Positions 53,550-64,000 of a DNA stretch of 64,000 bases are shown one piece after another (the first letter of the stretch is position 1; each line of letters opens with the position of its first letter). A program made the translations under genes and the position numbers. The DNA is from Eledone cirrhosa (taxonomy: Eukaryota). The stretch lies in contig OZ024740.1 of NCBI GenBank assembly GCA_964016885.1, forward strand, positions 255,564,001-255,628,000, read 5' to 3'. The notes under the pieces are model-generated. The model did not search any database. It worked only from the letters and a program-made list of their open reading frames with translations, and was not told where the DNA came from.

Positions 53550-56500
53550 GGACATAGATATACATTAACACATGGACAGAGATATACGTTAACACATGGA
53601 CATAGAGATACATTAACAAATGGACACAGACATACATTAACACATGTACATAGAGATACATTAACACATGGGCACATATATACATTAACACATGTACATA
53701 GACATACATTAACACATGGACATAGACATACATTAACACATGGATATAGATATACATTAACACATGGATATAGACATACATTCTCAAATGGACATAGACA
53801 TACATTAACACATGGACATAGATATACATTAACACATGGACACATACATACATTAACACACGGACATACATATACATTAACACATAGACATAGATATACA
53901 TTAACACATGTACATAGATATACATTAACACATGGACATAGATATACATTAACACATGGACATAGACATACATTAACAGATGTACATAGAGATACATTAA
54001 CACATGGACATAGATAGAGATTAACACATGTACATAGACATACATTAACACATTTACATAGATATACATTAACACATGGACATAGACATACATTAACACA
54101 TGGACATAGACATACATTAACACATGGACACAGACATACATTAACACATGGACACAGACATACATTAACACATGGACACAGACATACATTAACACATGGA
54201 CACAGACATACATTAACACATGGACGTAGACATACATTAACACACGGTCACAGATATACATTAACACGCGGACATAGAGATACATTAACACATGGACATA
54301 GATATACATTAACACATGGACATAGAGATACATTAACACATGGTCATAGACATACATTAACACATGGAAACAAACATACATAAGCACATGGACATAGATA
54401 TACATTAACACATGTACATAGAGATACATTAACACATGGACATAGATATACATTAACACATGTACATAGACATACATTAACACATGGACAAAGACATACA
54501 TTAACACATGTACATAGAGATACATTAACACATGGACACATATATACATTAACACATGTACATAGACATACATTAACACATGGACATAGACATACGTTAA
54601 CACATGGACACGGACATAAATTAACACATGGACATAGACATACATTAACACACGGACATAGAGATACATTAACACATGGACATAGAGATACATTAACACA
54701 TGGACATAGACATACATTAACACACGGACATGGACATACATTAACACATGTACATATACATGCATTAACACATGGACATACATATACATTAACACATGGA
54801 CATAGACATACATTAACACACGGACATAGAGATACATTAACACATGTACATAGATATATATTAACACATGTACATAGACATACATTAACACATGTACATA
54901 GACATACACTAACACATGGACATAGATATACATTAACACACGGACATAGAGATACATTAACACATGTACATAGATATACATTAACACATGGACATAGACA
55001 TACATTAACACATGTACATAGACATAAATTAACACATGTACATAGACATACATTAACACATGGACACAGACATACATTAACACATGGACACAGACATACA
55101 TTAACACATGTACATAGACATACATTAACACATGTACATAGAGATACGTTAACAAACGGACATAGACCTACATTAACACATTGACATAGATATACATTAA
55201 CACATGGACATAGACATACATTAACACATGGACATAGACATACATTAACACATGGACATAGACATACATTAACACATGGACACAGACATACATTAACACA
55301 TGGACACAGACATACATTAACACATGGACATAGACATACATTAACACATGTACATAGACATACATTAACACATGAACATAGAGATACATTAACGGGTGGA
55401 CATAGACATACATTAACACATGTACATAGATATACATTAACACATGTACATAGACATACATTAACACATGTACACAGACATAAATTAACACATGTACATA
55501 GACATACATTAACACATGGTCATAGACATACATTAACACATGGACACAGACATACATTAACACATGTACATAGACATACATTAACACATGGATACAGACA
55601 TACATTAACAGATGTACATAGACATACATTAACACATGGACACAGTCATACATTAACACCTGGACACAGACATACATTAACACCCGGACATAGAGATACA
55701 TTAACACATGGACATAGATATACATTAACACATGGACATAGAGATACATTAACACATGGACATAGACATACATTAACAGATGGAAACAGACATACATTAA
55801 CACATGCACATAGACATACATTAACACATGTACATAGACATACATTAACACATGCAGATAGACATACATTAACACATGTACATAGACATACATTAACGCA
55901 TAGACATAGAGATACATTAACACATGGACAGAGACATACATTAACCCATGTACATAGACATACATTAACACATGGACACAGACATACATTAACACCCGGA
56001 CATAGAGATACATTAACACATGGACATAGACATACATTAACACATGGACAAAGACATACATTAACAGATGGAAAGAGACATACATTAACACATGCACATA
56101 GACATACATTAACACATGTACATAGACATACATTAACACATACACATAGACATACATTAACACATGTACATAGATATACATTAACACATGGACATAGACA
56201 TACATTAACACATGGACATAGATATACATTAACACATGTACATAGAGATACATTAACACATGTACATAGATATACATTAACACATGTACATAGACATACA
56301 TTAACACATGGACAAAGACATACATTAACACATGGACACAGACATACATTAACACCCGGACATAGAGATACATTAACACATGCAGATAGACATACATTAA
56401 CACATGGACATAGACATACATTAACAGATGGAAAGAGACATACATTAACACATGCACATAGACATACATTAACACATGTACATAGACATACATTAACACA

Positions 56501-59500
56501 TACACATAGACATACATTAACACATGTACATAGATATACATTAACACATGGACATAGACATACATTAACACATGGACATAGATATACATTAACACATGTA
56601 CATAGAGATACATTAACACATGGACATAGATATACATTAACACATGTACATAGACATACATTAACACATGGACAAAGACATACATTAACACATGTACATA
56701 GAGATACATTAACACATGGACACATATATACATTAACACATGTACATAGACATACATTAACACATGGACATAGACATACGTTAACACATGGACACAGACA
56801 TACATTAACACTTGGACATAGACATACATTAACACATGGACACAGACATACATTAACACATGGACACATACATACATTAACATATGGACATAGACATACA
56901 TTAACACATGGACATAGACATACATTAACACATGTACATAGACATACATTAACACATGTACATAGACATGAATTAACACATGTACATAGACATACATTAA
57001 CAAATGGACACAGACATACATTAACACATGGACATTGACATACATAAGCACATGGACAAAGATATACATTAACACATGGACATAAATATACATTAACACA
57101 TGGACATAGACATACATTAACACATGGACACAGACATACATTAACACATGGACATAGACATACATTAACACATAGACATAGACATACATTAACACATGGA
57201 CACAGACATACATTAACACATGAACATAGACATACATTAACACATGGACATAGACATACATTAACACATGTACATAGACATACATTAACACATGGACATA
57301 GACACACATTAACACATGTACATAGACATACATTAACACATGTACACAGACATACATTAACACATGGACATAGACACACATTAACACATGGACAGAGATA
57401 TACATTAACACATGGACACAGACATACATTAAAACATGGACATAGATATACATTAACACATGGACAGAGATATACGTTAACACATGGACATAGAGATACA
57501 TTAACAAATGGACACAGACATACATTAACACATGTACATAGAGATACATTAACACATTGGCACATATATACATTAACACATGTACATAGACATACATTAA
57601 CACATGGACATAGACATACATTAACACATGGATATAGATATACATTAACACATGGATATAGACATACATTCTCAAATGGACATAGACATACATTAACACA
57701 TGGACATAGATATACATTAACACATGGACACATACATACATTAACACACGGACATACATATACATTAACACATAGACATAGATATACATTAACACATGTA
57801 CATAGATATACATTAACACATGGACATAGATATACATTAACACATGGACATAGACATACATTAACAGATGTACATAGAGATACATTAACACATGGACATA
57901 GATAGAGATTAACACATGTACATAGACATACATTAACACATTTACATAGACATACATTAACACATGGACATAGACATACATTAACACATGGACATAGACA
58001 TACATTAACACATGGACACAGACATACATTAACACATGGACACAGACATACATTAACACATGGACACAGACATACATTAACACATGGACACAGACATACA
58101 TTAACACATGGACGTAGACATACATTAACACACGGTCACAGATATACATTAACACGCGGACATAGAGATACATTAACACATGGACATAGATATACATTAA
58201 CACATGGACATAGAGATACATTAACACATGGTCATAGACATACATTAACACATGGAAACAAACATACATAAGCACATGGACATAGATATACATTAACACA
58301 TGTACATAGAGATACATTAACACATGGACATAGATATACATTAACACATGTACATAGACATACATTAACACATGGACAAAGACATACATTAACACATGTA
58401 CATAGAGATACATTAACACATGGACACATATATACATTAACACATGTACATAGACATACATTAACACATGGACATAGACATACGTTAACACATGGACACG
58501 GACATAAATTAACACATGGACATAGACATACATTAACACACGGACATAGAGATACATTAACACATGGACATAGAGATACATTAACACATGGACATAGACA
58601 TACATTAACACACGGACATGGACATACATTAACACATGTACATATACATGCATTAACACATGGACATACATATACATTAACACATGGACATAGACATACA
58701 TTAACACACGGACATAGAGATACATTAACACATGTACATAGATATATATTAACACATGTACATAGACATACATTAACACATGTACATAGACATACACTAA
58801 CACATGGACATAGATATACATTAACACACGGACATAGAGATACATTAACACATGTACATAGATATACATTAACACATGGACATAGACATACATTAACACA
58901 TGTACATAGACATAAATTAACACATGTACATAGACATACATTAACACATGGACACAGACATACATTAACACATGGACACAGACATACATTAACACATGTA
59001 CATAGACATACATTAACACATGTACATAGAGATACGTTAACAAACGGACATAGACCTACATTAACACATGGACATAGATATACATTAACACATGGACATA
59101 GACATACATTAACACATGGACATAGACATACATTAACACATGGACATAGACATACATTAACACATGGACACAGACATACATTAACACATGGACACAGACA
59201 TACATTAACACATGGACATAGACATACATTAACACATGTACATAGACATACATTAACACATGAACATAGAGATACATTAACGGGTGGACATAGACATACA
59301 TTAACACATGTACATAGATATACATTAACACATGTACATAGACATACATTAACACATGTACATAGACATAAATTAACACATGTACATAGACATACATTAA
59401 CACATGGTCATAGACATACATTAACACATGGACACAGACATACATTAACACATGTACATAGACATACATTAACACATGGATACAGACATACATTAACAGA

Positions 59501-61350
59501 TGTACATAGACATACATTAACACATGGACACAGTCATACATTAACACCTGGACACAGACATACATTAACACCCGGACATAGAGATACATTAACACATGGA
59601 CATAGATATACATTAACACATGGACATAGAGATACATTAACACATGGACATAGACATACATTAACAGATGGAAACAGACATACATTAACACATGCACATA
59701 GACATACATTAACACATGTACATAGACATACATTAACACATGCAGATAGACATACATTAACACATGTACATAGACATACATTAACGCATAGACATAGAGA
59801 TACATTAACACATGGACAGAGACATACATTAACCCATGTACATAGACATACATTAACACATGGACACAGACATACATTAACACCCGGACATAGAGATACA
59901 TTAACACATGGACATAGACATACATTAACACATGGACAAAGACATACATTAACAGATGGAAAGAGACATACATTAACACATGCACATAGACATACATTAA
60001 CACATGTACATAGACATACATTAACACATACACATAGACATACATTAACACATGTACATAGATATACATTAACACATGGACATAGACATACATTAACACA
60101 TGGACATAGATATACATTAACACATGTACATAGAGATACATTAACACATGTACATAGATATACATTAACACATGTACATAGACATACATTAACACATGGA
60201 CAAAGACATACATTAACACATGGACACAGACATACATTAACACCCGGACATAGAGATACATTAACACATGCAGATAGACATACATTAACACATGGACATA
60301 GACATACATTAACAGATGGAAAGAGACATACATTAACACATGCACATAGACATACATTAACACATGTACATAGACATACATTAACACATACACATAGACA
60401 TACATTAACACATGTACATAGATATACATTAACACATGGACATAGACATACATTAACACATGGACATAGATATACATTAACACATGTACATAGAGATACA
60501 TTAACACATGGACATCGATATACATTAACACATGTACATAGACATACATTAACACATGGACAAAGACATACATTAACACATGTACATAGAGATACATTAA
60601 CACATGGACACATATATACATTAACACATGTACATAGACATACATTAACACATGGACATAGACATACGTTAACACATGGACACAGACATACATTAACACT
60701 TGGACATAGACATACATTAACACATGGACACAGACATACATTAACACATGGACACATACATACATTAACATATGGACATAGACATACATTAACACATGGA
60801 CATAGACATACATTAACACATGTACATAGACATACATTAACACATGTACATAGACATGAATTAACACATGTACATAGACATACATTAACAAATGGACACA
60901 GACATACATTAACACATGGACATTGACATACATAAGCACATGGACAAAGATATACATTAACACATGGACATAAATATACATTAACACATGGACATAGACA
61001 TACATTAACACATGGACACAGACATACATTAACACATGGACATAGACATACATTAACACATAGACATAGACATACATTAACACATGGACACAGACATACA
61101 TTAACACATGAACATAGACATACATTAACACATGGACATAGACATACATTAACACATGTACATAGACATACATTAACACATGGACATAGACACACATTAA
61201 CACATGTACATAGACATACATTAACACATGTACACAGACATACATTAACACATGGACATAGACACACATTAACACATGGACAGAGATATACATTAACACA
61301 TGGACACAGACATACATTAAAACATGGACATAGATATACATTAACACATG
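53550..61350. repeat. Higher-order tandem duplication, 2 x 3888 bp (162 units)
   Basis: ORFs 54344..54541 and 58232..58429, and ORF ends 55155/59043. Rare markers TTCTCAAATG at 53781/57669 and AACGGGTGG at 55391/59279. Confidence 0.92.
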
Positions 61351-64000
61351 TACATTGACATACATAAACACATGGACATAGACATATATTAACACATGGA
61401 GATAGACATACATTAACACATGGACACAGTCATACATTAACACATGGGCATAGACATACATTAACACATGTACATAGACATACATTAACGCATAGACATA
61501 GAGATACATTAACACATGGACATAGAGATACATTAACACATGGACATAGACATACATTAACACATGGAAACAGACATACATTAACACATGGACATAGAGA
61601 TACATTAACACATGTACATAGACATACATTAACACATGGACATAGACATACATTAACACATGTACATAGACATACATTAACACATGGACACAGACATACA
61701 TTAACACCCGGACATAGAGATACATTAACACATGGACATAAATATACATTAACACATGGACATAGAGATACATTAACACATGGACATAGACATACATTAA
61801 CAGATGGAAACAGGCATACATTAACACATGGACATAGACATACATTAACACATGTACATAGAGATGCATTAACACATGGACATAGACCTACATTAACACA
61901 TGGACATACATATACATTAACACATGGACATAGACATACATTAACACATGGACACAGACATACATTAACACATGGACATAGACATACATTAACACATGGA
62001 CATAGACATACATTAACACATGGACATAGACATACATTAACACATGGACATAGACATACATTAATACATGGACATAGACATAGATTAACACATGGACACA
62101 TACATACATTAACACATGGACACAGACATACATTAACAAATGGACATAGACATACATTAACACATGGACATATGCATACATTAACACATGGACATGGAAT
62201 ACATTAACACATGGACATAGACATACATTAACACATGGACATAGACATACATTAACACATGTACATAGATATACGTTAACACATGTACATAGAGATACAT
62301 TAACACGCGGACATAGACATACATTAACACATGTACATAGATATACATTAACACATGTACATAGACATACATTAACACATGTACATAGACATAAATTAAC
62401 ACATGTACATAGACATACATTAACACATGGACACAGACATACATTAGCACATGGACACAGACATACATTAACACATGTACATAGATATACATTAACACAT
62501 AGATATAGACATACATTAACAGATGTACATAGACATACATTAACACATGGACACAGTCATACATTAACACATGGGTATAGACATACATTAACACATGTAC
62601 ATAGACATACATTAACACATGGACATAGATATACATTAACACATGGACATACATATACATTAACACATGGACATTGACATACATTAACACATGGACACAG
62701 ACATACATTAACACATGGACATAGACATACATTAACACATGGACATAGACATACATTCATACATGGACATAGACATAGATTAACACATGGACACAGACAT
62801 ACATTAACACATGGACACAGACATACATTAACAAATGGACATAGACATACATTAACACATGGACATATACATACATTAACACATGGACACGGACATACAT
62901 TAACACATGAACATAGACATACATTAACACATGGACATAGACATACATTAACACATGTACATATACATACATTAACACATGGACATAGACACACATTAAC
63001 ACATGTACATAGACATACATTAACACATGGACACAGACATACATTAACACATGGACATAGACACACATTAACACATGGACATAGATATACATTAACACAT
63101 GGACACAGACATACATTAACACATGGACATAGATATACAATAACATATGTACATAGACATACATTAACACATGGACATAGACATATATTAACACATGGAC
63201 ATAGACATACATTAACACATGGACATAGACATACATTAACACATGGACACAGACATACATTAACACATGGACATAGACATACATTAACACATGGACATAG
63301 ACATACATTAACACATGGACATAGACATACATTAACACATGGACACAGACATACGTTAACACATGGACATAGATATACGTTAACACATGGACATAGACAT
63401 ACATTAACACATGCACATAGACATACATTAACACATGTACATAGAGATACATTAACACGTGGACATAGACATACATTAACACATGTACATAGATATACAT
63501 TAACACATGTACGTAGACATATATTAACACATGTACATAGACATAAATTAACACATGTACATAGACATACATTAACACATGGACATAGACATACATTAAC
63601 AGATGTACATAGACATACATTAACACATGGACACATCATACATTAACACATGGACATTGACATACATTAACACATGGATATAGATATACATTAACACATG
63701 GACATAGACATACATTAACACATGGACATAGACATACATTAACACATGGACACAGACATACATTACCACATGGACACAGACATACATTAACTCATGTACA
63801 TAGACATACATAAACATGTACATAGAGATACATTAACACATGGACATTGACATACATTAACACATGTACATAGATATACATTAACACATGGACATACATA
63901 TACATTACCACATGGACACAGACATACATTAACACATGGACATTGACATACATTAACACATGGACATAGATATACATTAACACATGGACATACATATACA

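Larger units (their letters stand above)
3008..64000. repeat. 24-bp minisatellite/satellite array, consensus ACACATGGACATAGACATACATTA, about 2,540 head-to-tail units, open at the right window edge
   Basis: Period 24 is visible throughout in one orientation, with no inserted foreign sequence seen. Common variants are G8>T (GTAC), T12>C and C16>T/G. The unit count is span divided by 24. Confidence 0.99.

Noticed and set aside
2942-63995. Long ORFs (up to 1431 aa) as real protein-coding genes
   Set aside because: They are translations of an 8-codon repeat open in three frames. Stops and frameshifts are scattered in all frames, there is no unique domain, and they overlap each other on both strands.
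3008-64000. CRISPR array
   Set aside because: Units are contiguous with no unique spacers, there are no cas genes, and the context is eukaryotic.
3008-64000. A>G and T>C variants as a trace of A-to-I RNA editing or retrotransposition
   Set aside because: This is genomic sequence, transversions (G>T, C>G, C>A) are at least as prominent, and no poly-A tail or target-site duplication is visible.

Overview
Eukaryotic, non-genic window. About 3 kb of AT-rich unique flank (1-3007) carries (TA)n, (AAT)n and (CA)n microsatellites, two minus-strand copies of a tRNA-derived SINE, a 182-bp fold-back palindrome and a CT-rich tract. The SINE resembles the Meta/MESC-core SINEs I recall from octopus genomes, so a cephalopod source is an inference. 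The flank is followed by a single uninterrupted tandem array of a 24-bp unit (consensus ACACATGGACATAGACATACATTA) from 3008 past the window end: at least 61 kb, about 2,540 units. Units are rich in substitution variants but almost never change length (9 internal phase shifts seen). The variant order reveals nested in-register duplications of 5783, ~5906/5690, 3888, 3336/2304, 1344 bp and smaller. All long ORFs are translations of the 8-codon repeat, with stops scattered in every frame. I do not call any CDS and see no direct evidence of a new gene system. The interest lies in the architecture and evolution of the array.
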